This document shows positions 11,327 through 22,580 of a DNA stretch of 64,000 nucleotides, one piece after another (position 1 is the first letter of the stretch; each line of letters begins with the position of its first letter). The notes under the pieces were generated by a model. The model made no database searches. It was not told the origin of the DNA and saw nothing but the letters and a program-made list of their open reading frames with translations. The stretch is from assembly GCA_051294905.1 (NCBI GenBank), contig CM119372.1, forward strand, positions 8,372,001 to 8,436,000. The letters are read 5' to 3'. The position numbers and the translations under genes were made by a program. This stretch comes from Botryllus schlosseri (lineage: Eukaryota).

Positions 11327-14300
11327 ATGTCAGATCATGGTAAAATTAGAAATATCTATACACAAGTTCAACTGTTCGATGATAGCTTTCATGAACTCAT
11401 TCGACAAAGCAATGACCTTCTTCGAGATAAAGGAAGATGGGCTCTCCATAGGGACATGGGAGTATCAGAAAATGTTATCGATGCTTTGGATGCAATCAGG
11501 TCATTTCCGTACTTTGAATGCATTGAAAGACAGGAAAACGATGATAGAGAAGAATATGACCTGAGAAACGTCCCTTCTTCAACTTCAACCGAGTTTTCCG
11601 TAGAGGAGGCAGAAAACAATGATCCCATCAGCTCACACGACGAAGCATTTATGATAATCAGCGAAGAGATTCGACAATTATGTGATGCATTCGGAACAGA
11701 GATGCAGTTTAATCTTACTAAAGTGGCAAAATGCCTTTTAAGATTGGGTACTTTGTACACCGAAATGGCCATGAATGAAATTGGTTCCAAAATGGATCAG
11801 AAGTTGAATTTCATTCGAGCGGCAGTTTTAATAAATGCTGCCGTAGTGAGATTACGTGTCAGCGGACGAGAGGATGATTTATATTCCTCGATCCAACAAT
11901 TACGGGATTTCCATCAGAAGATGCTTAGATCCGGTGTTTCGACACATAATGGGAATTTTGTGGAATTCTCAGAGAATATCAAAGAAAAATTGGAGAAACT
12001 GCGTGCGAATGAAACGGGAAATTTGAATAAACTGAAGAGAATAAGACTATCATACAAACATACCGAGGATATGAATGAAAATGAAAAGACAGCGATATCC
12101 GAAGTCAGACTGCTAACAACTAATAACTCGAGTGATTATAAGGACATGATGGTGGAAGTTATAGAAAAATGCCTCCAAGTAATGGGAGATCCCCCGTGCG
12201 AATTCGCCATCGTCGGCCTCGGATCTTTGGCCCGCAAAGAAATCACACTATCGTCTGATTTTGAACACGTCATCATCCTGGAGAATGGTGCTCCTGACAC
12301 AGAAGAAGTTCGTGAGTACTTCAGATGGTTCACGGTCATTTTTCACGTCATAATCATCGGTCTCGGTGAAACGATCGTTCCAAGTGTCGATATAAAAGGA
12401 CTCTGCGATCACTACACCGTTGAAGATGAAAGTAACTGGTTCAGAGATGAATACACTCCTTGTGGGTTGTCATTTGACGGCATGATGCCGCATGCTTGTA
12501 AATGTCCCCTTGGACGACAAATCCCAACTAGGAATCGTAGTAACGTCGTCGAATTGATTCAGACCGCGCACAAGATGGCGGACTATCTAACGAAAGATGA
12601 ACAATTGAGGAACGGTTACATGTTGAACGATGTCCTCGGCACTTCGTGTTTCGTGTTCGGCGACAAGAGCGTTTACGACAGTTTTCGTGTTCGATGTTTG
12701 GAAATTCAACAGTCTCTTACTGCGGAGGAAATATTTGAAGAAAAGAGAGATTTGCTCACTCAAGCTGCGGTAGCGAGGTATTCAAATCGACTTATACACT
12801 CACGGCATTTGGATGTTAAGAAATTGATTTATCGCCCAATCACGGTATTGCTACATTACCTTGCGGCAGATTCTGGAATACGCTTTCAAAACAGTTTTGA
12901 TATTCTCGATGAATTGAAAGAAAGACAGATTATCAGCGATGAGTCGCATCACACATTATGTCACGCTTTGGGCATTGTACTGGAAATTCGAATTCGTTGC
13001 TACCAAACCAGGCACCGTCAAAGGAATATTGTAGCGGATAAAGACCTGGCTGATTTAGTGGGAGACAGGCATACCGGTGATTGCGAAACAGCAATCACAT
13101 TCCTCTTGTCAGCAGTACACAATATGACCTATCGACGATTCATACTGCACACAGAATACGATCAGATTTCCATCCCATCAAGAGAAAGTGATATTTGGCA
13201 CTTGCTTTTGGCAGAGGCAATGTTCCGTTACCAGCAGATTGACGCGCATTTCATTGAAAACATTCTTACCTTGGTGAAAGAATTGATCGAACAATACAAG
13301 AAACGAGAAATATCACTCGGTCGGGCACATCAATATATGCAGATACATATTGAAAGATTGAAATTTGGGCTGTACCAACACCTTGGTGGCAGCAGAGGAG
13401 ATCAAATATCATCCAACGAGCTTATAGATATATTTGAATGGTCTTGTGATATCGATGCCGGTCTTACAACCGACATAACTCATCGGCTTCAAACTCTCTA
13501 CAGTCGAGCGGCTGTTCTTTACAACAAAGGTAATTTCCAGGAAGCCGACAGATATCTCGAAATGTGCCTCGGCATTTTGGCGGATGACTCCAATCAAGTC
13601 AGTGAGGGTATGATCAATGGGCTATCGCAATTGGAAACGTCTCTGAAGCGAGAATTACTGAATACAGAAGAATCAATCGAATACTTTAGACATGCTTGTG
13701 AGCGACAGAAGAACACACTGTACGCGGAATATCTGTATAAGTGTGAAATCGGGAGGTCTCTCACTCAAAGTGATAAATCAAATGGCTACCAATTCTTGCG
13801 GGACATACTCGATGAATTGAAACTCAATACCAAATTGTTTGAGCCTAACAAGTACATTCTCCTAATGCGCCAACTTGGTGCAATGTTCATGGAATTCGGG
13901 TATCAGACGGTTGAGTTCAGCTCAGTTCTTGCACAATTAGTTACTGCAAGCGAGTTGAAAGTCCCAGGAGCTATTATAGGCCAAGATGACCAAGGTGTCC
14001 GAGTGAATAACTCGCAGCATTTCAAGTACAGCTTTGGAAGACGGCGTAACGTTGGAAGATATGCTAATTTTACGTTTCACAGCTCTCACCGCGAAGAACC
14101 CTTGAGAATGTCTATCTGGCAGAATAATTTTTCCCACGCTATGCAGGTGTTTTCATCTGTCACTTATGACGATATGATCACCCTGATTAAATACGTTATG
14201 AATGATCCGTTGGATTCGTCAATGCCGGTAGGCCTACTGCCCCATAACGAATACCTTACCACAGCCATGGCGCTGATGACTTTGTGCGAAAATGTGAAAA

Positions 14301-14968
14301 TCCGTGACATTACAGTATTTGAAGATTTGCTGCGATCTACATCGACAAAATGTAGAAAACTCAAAATACTTCAGCCATTTGTCTACGCATCCCTCAAGTA
14401 TATTTCCGCGTACAGTGCTTCCATGAGTCATATTATGTCTGTGCAGAATTTCTTATTCAAGTTGATATTTAAAATTCCAGTCCACTTGCAAAGTCATCCG
14501 TACACACTGGCGGCCTCGCACTTCATGAATTTTGATTTTCTCAAAAGCATAAAGTTAATCTGGACAATTCTTCATTCACCAGACACGTACAGTCATGATA
14601 TATTTATATTGGAATATTTCTTAACTAATGTTATGACAGTAATGCATTTATCAAAGTGTCGTGAAATATCTTTGAAACAATCGCTATATTATCAAATTTG
14701 CGTAACTCAAGGCCAGGATTTTATTGACGATTACTTGTTGCTGTCATACTACTACATCGGTGATACAACTCGCTTTGCTCTGTGTTATAACCTAGCTGTT
14801 GATTTCTTGGTTTTTGACCAGCGATCCTGCTGCGCGTTAGTTTGGAAACTCCTAAATTCAAAGCAACTGTGTCCTACATTGTACCAGATGTCAGTATCAT
14901 TGCTACTCGAATCAGTTGATAGAGTGTGTGAGCTTATTTTTGAATATCCTCTGCTTTCAAGATATTAG
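11327..14968 (+). CDS. Intronless 1213-aa protein: GlnD/GlnE-like (DUF294-type) nucleotidyltransferase, helical bundle, TPR-like C-terminal region (paralogue 1)
   Basis: Long ORF with a Pol-beta-superfamily motif, FAIVGLGSLARKEITLSSDFEH. This is followed by GLSFDG..P.ACK.PLGR, a DVKKLIYRP...NSFDIL...EIRIR bundle and TPR-like helices (AAVLYNKGNFQEADRYLEMCL). Full-length paralogue at 55303. Confidence 0.85.
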   Translation: MSDHGKIRNIYTQVQLFDDSFHELIRQSNDLLRDKGRWALHRDMGVSENVIDALDAIRSFPYFECIERQENDDREEYDLRNVPSSTSTEFSVEEAENNDPISSHDEAFMIISEEIRQLCDAFGTEMQFNLTKVAKCLLRLGTLYTEMAMNEIGSKMDQKLNFIRAAVLINAAVVRLRVSGREDDLYSSIQQLRDFHQKMLRSGVSTHNGNFVEFSENIKEKLEKLRANETGNLNKLKRIRLSYKHTEDMNENEKTAISEVRLLTTNNSSDYKDMMVEVIEKCLQVMGDPPCEFAIVGLGSLARKEITLSSDFEHVIILENGAPDTEEVREYFRWFTVIFHVIIIGLGETIVPSVDIKGLCDHYTVEDESNWFRDEYTPCGLSFDGMMPHACKCPLGRQIPTRNRSNVVELIQTAHKMADYLTKDEQLRNGYMLNDVLGTSCFVFGDKSVYDSFRVRCLEIQQSLTAEEIFEEKRDLLTQAAVARYSNRLIHSRHLDVKKLIYRPITVLLHYLAADSGIRFQNSFDILDELKERQIISDESHHTLCHALGIVLEIRIRCYQTRHRQRNIVADKDLADLVGDRHTGDCETAITFLLSAVHNMTYRRFILHTEYDQISIPSRESDIWHLLLAEAMFRYQQIDAHFIENILTLVKELIEQYKKREISLGRAHQYMQIHIERLKFGLYQHLGGSRGDQISSNELIDIFEWSCDIDAGLTTDITHRLQTLYSRAAVLYNKGNFQEADRYLEMCLGILADDSNQVSEGMINGLSQLETSLKRELLNTEESIEYFRHACERQKNTLYAEYLYKCEIGRSLTQSDKSNGYQFLRDILDELKLNTKLFEPNKYILLMRQLGAMFMEFGYQTVEFSSVLAQLVTASELKVPGAIIGQDDQGVRVNNSQHFKYSFGRRRNVGRYANFTFHSSHREEPLRMSIWQNNFSHAMQVFSSVTYDDMITLIKYVMNDPLDSSMPVGLLPHNEYLTTAMALMTLCENVKIRDITVFEDLLRSTSTKCRKLKILQPFVYASLKYISAYSASMSHIMSVQNFLFKLIFKIPVHLQSHPYTLAASHFMNFDFLKSIKLIWTILHSPDTYSHDIFILEYFLTNVMTVMHLSKCREISLKQSLYYQICVTQGQDFIDDYLLLSYYYIGDTTRFALCYNLAVDFLVFDQRSCCALVWKLLNSKQLCPTLYQMSVSLLLESVDRVCELIFEYPLLSRY

Positions 14969-15445
14969 TGATTTCGATGTAAGAGTATTTCTGTGCTGTA
15001 GGTCGCACCACCGTAACCGGCACCGCCACTATATATAATATATCTAGTTATACGCTTTGAAACAATCAATTTTCTCGCACATTGCATTATGATGTTGGTA
15101 ATAATAAGCACTAGAATCTGCTTTCATTGGCCGTTTTAAAGACACAATAAATATCGAGTACCATTTTCGAAAGATATCAACAGATCAGGAATTTGAGTGC
15201 GCAAATATGGTCAAAAGTCTCTGGAATGTTATCCAAGTAAACCCACATTAAGACGTTGGAAAACAACTGGTGAAAACCGTGGGATTCAACATTATGTTAT
15301 ATTCTTTTACGGAGCTGGCTAATCTTGATAGGTTTGAGAAATTTTAGAACACCTCGCGTCTGACGATTGCTCGATTTTGAGCCAATATTGAAGTAAGCTC
15401 TGGCGTTGTCTGGCTTTGGATTTTGAGTGGCTGTGTTGCAGGCCT

Positions 15446-15865
15446 GCAAGGCTCGAACAAGTCATGACTCGAACCAAGTCATATGACTCGAGACAGGGAC
15501 ATTTCATCGTAACTTTGAAGAATAGTGAAGTGACCACATTATTGGTATTTCGTCTATCTGTCCTGATAGTTAGAAAATATAGGGCCAGAAACTGTTAGGA
15601 CTGAGAAAAACTACGATATTATAAATGCGGGCCATTTTATATAGCTCGAGCAGAGTTGAAAAAAAGTGGTTTCAACCGGAGTGAGCTCAAAACTAGTGAA
15701 GAAAATGACTTGGAGTCGGACTTAAGTCACAACACTATGACTCTGACACGACCCTCTACTCACCGACTTGTACTCGGACTTGACTCGGTGGTGAATTGAA
15801 AATGACTCGACTTGACTCGAGTCAAAACTATAAAAGTGAGATTGACTTGTTTCTCGGAACCTTGC
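15446..15865. mobile_element. MITE-like element with GACTCG/GACTTG subterminal repeats
   Basis: Imperfect terminal inverted match GCAAGG...ACAAGTC / GACTTGT...CCTTGC and many GACTCG units. Confidence 0.5.
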
Positions 15866-15879
15866 GACTTGGTCACAAC

Positions 15880-16135
15880 CGTAGGTTGCTGGTTCGAGTT
15901 CGACAGAGGTCGACTCCAGAATAATTGCTTCTAAGTGTTGGAGGTTTATCTCGGCTCCTCCTCACCATGTCATCCACGTAAGCGGTGTCTTATAAAAAGT
16001 ATATAAGTGGGCCGTGCTGCAAGTCAGCAGCTATATGGAATGAAAGTTAAGAAAAACTGACCCGGTGTAAATTACCACTGTAGTCGACAAACACCATGAA
16101 CAACACAAACAACAACAACAACAACAACAACAACA
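15880..16135 (+). mobile_element. 5'-truncated tRNA-derived SINE with (CAA)n tail
   Basis: B box GGTTCGAGT, core GAGGTTTATCTCGGCTCCTC shared with two other SINEs, and a (CAA)n tail at ~16097-16135. Confidence 0.5.
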
Positions 16136-17439
16136 TATAACTCTTTGTTGAACAAATCAAAGAGAGAACCATACTGAAAATAGTTGTACAGTAGGGCTGT
16201 CCAAAAATACCATTTATTCAGATTCCAGCCATTCACTGATTAAATTGTCAGACTACCCTGAAAAGGTCGCACACCAAATTCGGCTCAATTTGAACAAGTA
16301 TATAAGCCTCCGCTGATCCAATTAAAATTTTTAATTCATTTGGGAATTTTTTTTTAATTTTTCTGTCCACCTCATGAAATTGTTGGGTTGTCTTCAAATA
16401 CGATGCAAGCTAAATTTGACTAAATTCCAACTAGTAGAGGTTGAGTTTCTTGTTGACAAATCTCGGATTACCCACCAATGTCCTATTCTTATGTGGCCAA
16501 ATTGTTTTTTTCGTTTTGCCCTTCAATTTGAGACCACGTCATTTTTAGAGAACAGTGCAGTAGTGAGGGTTGAATCGTTTGTTGCAGGCCCTCAGGCTAT
16601 TTAGAATGTAAACACTCTCATAATATACTTAACGTCGGACTATGGCCGGTCCATGCTTCCGAGAAATAAATAACATTCATTATACGTTAGATGATACTTT
16701 CCTTAGATAATATAGTATGTGTATTTAGGACTAATATTCTAATATGTGTATTTAGGACTAATGCGACTACTTCGAAAACGCGTACTGATCTGTTTTTGGG
16801 AATATGAATTCTCGCTTATTCTTATGTGAATTTAGAACTTTGTATTTTCGCGGATCAATAATTAATTAATGTTCATTTATAAACGCGTAACAGAAATCAA
16901 GCAAAAGTCGATATTACTGTGTAATGATTTTGATGTTGTTCCATACCGATTGGGAAGATAGCACACTCAATTTCGTAACCAACTACATAATCCCTAGTTA
17001 CGTAGTCAGACGCATAACGGCATTTACGCAAAATCGGTATTGCTTAGCGATAATTTTGATCACTATGTTTTATCGCTCGCCGCCAGACTATTGCCGTTTG
17101 TATTTATGAACAAATTTCGAAAACTATGATGTCTACGCAAGACTATATTCGCAAGATATTCTATTATGTGTATTTAGGACTGTGTATTTTCGCGGATAGT
17201 ATGAGCTCTCAGATAACACTCATCCACGTTGAACTATAGGCGTGGTTATTTGATGATGTATTAAAATTCTACGCACATTTCGCGCGATCAACATAATATT
17301 AATACCTAGTAACGATTCAACTTCATGACATTTTCAGTATTAAACAGAAATATAGACCTAGAATACTAACTTTTATTCATTAACGTAGTAAAACGCATAA
17401 CAGAATTCACGCAAAAGTCGATCGGTATTTGCAATAAAG

Positions 17440-17800
17440 CCTAAAAATTAGAGTCGCATCTTTTCGCAATTTATGCAGCTATTCGCGCAGACTTTGCCGC
17501 ATTTGCTGTATCTGAAGTAGAATTTCAGCGTCGTTATTCGCTATAAGCCGAGAAATGCACCTTCGCGCAATTTATATAGCCAAACGCATTAACTTTTCTG
17601 CATCTGAAGTAGAATTTCAGCGTCGTTATTTGTTATAAGCCGAGAAATGTACCTTCGCGCAATTTTTACAGGCAGTCTCACCCACTTTGCTGCGTCTGAA
17701 GTAGAATTTCAGCGTCGTTGTTTGCTATAAGCCGGGAAATTAGAGTCGCTGCTTCGCGCCATTTTACAGCCAGTCTCACACACTTTGCTGCATCTGAGCT
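17440..17800. repeat. ~92-98-bp tandem repeat, ~3.5 copies (mirror at ~28967-29327)
   Basis: Recurring TCTGAAGTAGAATTTCAGCGTCGTT...TATAAGCCG. Confidence 0.8.
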
Positions 17801-18874
17801 TCATACTAATATATGCATAATTTTTGCATGACGAGAATACGGGTAATACGGTCAATAAACGCCGGAGGCGAGTCATTTAAACCTTGTTGCTAGATAATAC
17901 CGCTTTCGGCTACAACAAAGTTGCCCTGCAACAAAAAATAGAAGCCCTAATGATCATGCAGAGGAAAGTTCAATTATACATCGGATTATTCGAATAGACT
18001 ATCTACATTGTATAGGTATGAAGTGAAATAGAACGGAGTTTACGCAAAAGTTGCTATTGATCATAGACCAAGCTTGCTTTCAGAGCTGGAAACTAAATGC
18101 ACATGAAAATTTAACTAGGTTTTCCCCACACGCATCAAATGTAGGCCTACTCAAGTGTTTATGAGATGGCGAATAGTTCGAAGGTTGTTGGCATGCAAGG
18201 ACGTCACATAGAATTGTGGAGTTTTCTGTAAACTATAATCCAGTGATCTATTTTCAATCACTATACTTTTAATAATCTAAAGTAAGTAGCCTACTTGAAT
18301 GTCATTAAAGAAAGCAGATTTGTATGAAAACTCGTTAAATAGAAGTAAAAGTAGCCTAGAAACATGACTACTTACTGAAAAATCGTTATGTAGAAGTGGG
18401 ATTAGTCTACGAACATAACCACTTACTTACTTTGAAATCTCTACTTGTACTTGTATTCATACTTTACCTTTACACGTCGTTTTTGTATAATGGATACTAA
18501 TTTTATTAAAAATTAAAAAGTGCGAAAAATTACATTTTATCCCGGAACGTAGCAGGAAAAATCGTATAAATTTTGTAAAGTAGATGGAAAACTACACTAT
18601 TCCGATGCAGTAAAGACTCTTACACTCTGGATTTTGTGCAGTATATACTAATTTTACATTGCGGAGTATTCCATAAACGTTAATCCAGTGATCCTCCTTC
18701 TATTTTCAATCACGATCCGCTTATTATTCTAGGCTTCGAACCCCACACCCAGTACGTTTTATGGGGATTAATATTTTTAGATTAAATATAGCGTATCGAG
18801 ACTTCGTGAAACTTACTTGGAAATAGTTATTTCTACCCTAATTTAATAGATTTCTCAGATATCGTAGCAACGGA

Positions 18875-18929
18875 ACTGGCTTGAGCGAGCGGTTAAGGCG
18901 TTGGACTTGAGTTTCAATGAACAAGTGTT
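18875..18929 (+). pseudogene. tRNA-Leu(TAA)-derived 5' fragment (mirror at 27838-27892)
   Basis: ACTGGCTTGAGCGAGCGGTTAAGGCGTTGGACTTGAGTTTCAATG resembles the 5' half of eukaryotic tRNA-Leu(UAA). The T arm is missing. Confidence 0.6.
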
Positions 18930-19092
18930 ATAAGTTACTCATGTTTACAACACAACCTAAACGCAAAGTGCACGAATTTCCATATTGATCAAATACCACA
19001 ATATTTGCTGGCTTTCAGAGTTAGTAACTAAGCGCGTAACAGAATTTACCTAAAAAAGTCAGTACTCCAAAATTTTTGTAAAGTATAGCTTT

Positions 19093-19151
19093 TTGGATTT
19101 AAGTTCCAATGAACAAGTGTTCACATATAGGTTCGAATCCCACACCCACTA
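19093..19151 (+). pseudogene. tRNA-Leu(TAA)-derived anticodon-to-3' fragment (mirror at 27616-27674)
   Basis: Anticodon arm TTGGA-TTTAAGT-TCCAA, long variable arm TGAACA-AG-TGTTCA, T loop GGTTCGAATCC. The 5' half is absent. Confidence 0.65.
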
Positions 19152-19611
19152 CGTTTTACGAGAATTAATATTTTTAGATTCAAATTTAGCGTATTGAGTA
19201 CTTTTTCTGCCTTTTTCAGCGCATTAGAGACGTTTACACTATGGATTTCGTGAGCTTTACTTGAGTTTTATAAATTAACGTAAAAGTAGTCATTTCCGAG
19301 TAAGTAAAACGTTCGTATTGTAGGTTCATTTCTGCTTAATACTATAATTACCATGGAGTTGAAGCAGTCCAATATCAAAAACACCCGAAAGTATTTGTTG
19401 CATATAGCTAAAAACCTAATTGAGTACTCTGAAGAAGTACAAGTTGCACAGTTTGTGGTATTTCTATGACATCGAAATTTAGCTGACCAGAACTTATACT
19501 TGAGTACTTCGAAATGTACAAGTACTTTACCTTCACACGACGTTTCTGTAAAATGAATACTGATTTTATTAAAATATAAAAAAGCACGAAAAATTACATT
19601 TTATCCCAAAC

Positions 19612-20675
19612 CATCATACGCATATCTGTTTTGCGTGAACATAGCATATACCTAAACATAGTCAATTTTGATAGCAGAATTGCCGTGTTAAACATTGAAT
19701 TCTCACCATGAAAGTCGGTACGCGGTTATAGGAGAGTATAACAATGCGCCATACCAAATCCCATCACACATTTCATGATGGAACAACTTTAAAACTAACG
19801 CGGCTCTACATCGACTTTTTGCGTACATCTGTTTTGTGGGAGCGCATAGCACGTACCCATACATAGCCAACTTTAATAACGGAATTACCATGCTTAACAT
19901 TGAATCCCAACTCGATACTTGATACGTAGTTGTAGGACATTATGGCAATGCACCATGCTGAATTTCATCACACATCTAATGATGGAACACCTCTGAAACT
20001 ATCGCAGTCGAATACCGACTTTTACGCATATCTGTTTTTCGTGAACATAGCATATACCCATACATAGTCAATTTTAATAGCAGAATTAGCATGCTAAACA
20101 TTAAATTCTCACCTTGAACGTTGGTACGCAGTTGTAGGACATAATAACAATGCATCATACCAAATTTCGTCAGACATTTCATGATGTAACACCTTTAAAA
20201 CCAACGCAGTTCTATACAAACTTTTGGCTAAATCTGTTTTTCCGTAGCGTAGCACGTACCTATACATAGTCAACTTCAATAACGGAATTAGCATGTTAAT
20301 AATCGACTCCCCACCGTGAAACTCGGTACGCAGTTGTAAGACATTATGACAATGCACCATTTCAAATTTTGTTACGCATTTCATGATTGAACAACTTTAA
20401 AACTAACGCAGTTCCATACCGACTTTAGCTAGAGCGTAGCACGTACCGATGCATACTCAACTTTAATAACGGAATTACCGAGCTAAACATTGAATGCGCA
20501 ACTTGAAGATTGGTTCACAGGTGTAGGACAGTATGATAATGGAACAGATCAAATTTCATCACACATTTCATGATGGAACAGCTTTAAAACTAACGCAGTT
20601 CTATACCAACTTCGCAGGAATCTGTTTGCGGGAGCGTAGCACGTACCTATGCGTGATCAACTTTAGTGATGGAAT
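19612..20675. repeat. ~202-bp tandem array, ~5 diverged units (mirror at ~26092-27155)
   Basis: CATGATGGAACAACTTTAAAACTAACGC-like motif recurs at ~19774, 19977, 20180, 20382 and 20569. Confidence 0.85.
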
Positions 20676-22479
20676 TACAGATGTAATTAAGTTTCAACAC
20701 TTTTACAACGATTCGTCTTGTTTCCTATAACATCCCACTCGATGCCCTCGTTATTAGGCTGTAATCTCAGCCTGAGCTATGTCTTGAAGCCTACGGGACT
20801 CTGCAAATTGTTTCGATTCATTCTCTCCGTTTCAATTCAAGATAAGGAAGCCCATTTCACTCAAAATATCGATGCCTACGGTACTCTACAAAATTTTCTG
20901 ATTAATTCTTCCTATGCTTATTTATCATAAGAAAGATGATTTGACACCTAAAGTACGAAATACTTGTTCGCTTGAGCTAAGCCGCAGCGCTCGGAGTGGA
21001 ATTTACTAACGCAGTCGATGGACATGATATTCTTCGATATGATCAACTGAAACCACGGATGTGGTGGGTTAGAGTCTTGTCGTGATGGTCCGTTTCGAAA
21101 TGCAAGCGGATGAACTAGACCAAAAGTTTCGAAGATGCGTTTTATAATTGCTCTAGGTGTGAAATAGACATCGCACTCTTGCGGGGAAACAACACGAATT
21201 CAGTCTTCACACCGCAGAAACACAGCCGCTTGGTTAACATCACAAAACCGCAATTGAACTCAAGATTGCCATACACGGAATCGCTGTTAACGATGTCTGA
21301 CTGCGGCGTTTCGACGAGTAACGAATTCTCGTATTTAGTATTGATTGTGACACATACTCAAAACAGCGACAGTTTTCACAACCCGGTACATACATTGAAC
21401 CAACTGATGTAAGGTGAAACACTACGTTCACACCAAAAAAAAGTTTGCAGGGTATGACCACCACCAACATATAGAGTAGTGAGTGAGTAATTAAACTACA
21501 TACCCCGATTTTACTATATTCCGAGATCCGGATCACGATTCAAGTCTACCTGAGAATCCGAACTACCCTGTGAAGTTGATATATCAAGTTGTGAACCGTG
21601 AAAGGGTTGTAATCTCGTTGAAATAGTATGCGACACATTTTTCCACAAGTCGAATGCATGTCGGTTCATACTAAGACCATGTTACGGTCAAATATGTGTG
21701 TTTTTCTGTCTCCAAGTCAGCTACCTCCACATTGAATGTACAGAGTCGGTGCATGTATGAGACTTCAGAACATGAATTTGTAATCCATGATGCTTGTAGT
21801 GCCGGCCATGATGTTATCCATGATGTATGTAATGTCACACACCTCCTTTACGCGAATACTTGTTATCTATGAACAATCGTGAAGTATACTGGATGTGTAA
21901 TGTCTTGTTATTTTCATGGAAACACGGGGGGTGTAACATGTTTGAATATTGTTCATTGGTTTGTCGATTCAGAGTTGATATCCGGATCCGGTTAATACTT
22001 TCTCGGGTTTCCGATTTCAAACTGAACGGTGGGATATGTATTGACCAATAAAGAGTGACACAATATAGTAAACATGTGTGAGAAAACTCACAAGTAACGC
22101 GGATTTGTTAGCGCGACGGGGACATAAATTCAACCATTATCCGTGTACCAAGCAGTTACCAAAGTCATGGAGGTTGCTAATTTCAACATATTGACTCTGT
22201 GGGAGGCTAAAGCACGAACCGGGACACACACAGACACACACACCAGGACACACAATATCCGTCGATTTCCAAAGCATACATTTCGATATACAAGAGCATA
22301 TTGTTATTTCATGTGGTTAACCGTTGATATAAATGCGATGCGATCGACGCGGGTATACTCTGAAACCGGTTGTCCGTTTATATGAGAAAAGATGCTGTGA
22401 AGGACTTTAAAAAGCGGCAATTGAGCATAGTTGTGTCGAGTTACCGAATGATTTTTTCCTTACATCAAAACAACTAGAA

Positions 22480-22580
22480 TGTATAAGCATAAAAAACATT
22501 CCCGCGCGCGCGTCTTAGGATTAGGTGGTAGGGTTAGGCAGGGTTTAGGAGCGCGCGGGAATGTTTTTTATGCTTATACA
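22480..22580. repeat. Perfect 30-bp hairpin with telomere-like loop
   Basis: TGTATAAGCATAAAAAACATTCCCGCGCGC (22480-22509) and its exact reverse complement (22551-22580) flank a TTAGG-rich loop. Confidence 0.9.

Larger units (their letters stand above)
16559..22482 (+). repeat. Left inverted arm of element A (5,924 bp)
   Basis: Reverse complement of 24285-30208. Mirrored ORF-track entries (e.g. 16924-17109 and 29658-29843) are identical or differ by a few residues. Confidence 0.95.

Noticed and set aside
18875..19151. Functional or split tRNA gene
   Set aside because: Each fragment is incomplete and mutated, and the pieces overlap in the anticodon arm, which fits decayed duplicates.
19612..20675. 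CRISPR-like array (also considered for 45390-45900 and 62720-62820)
   Set aside because: Units are contiguous diverged tandem repeats without unique spacers, there are no cas genes, and the context is eukaryotic.
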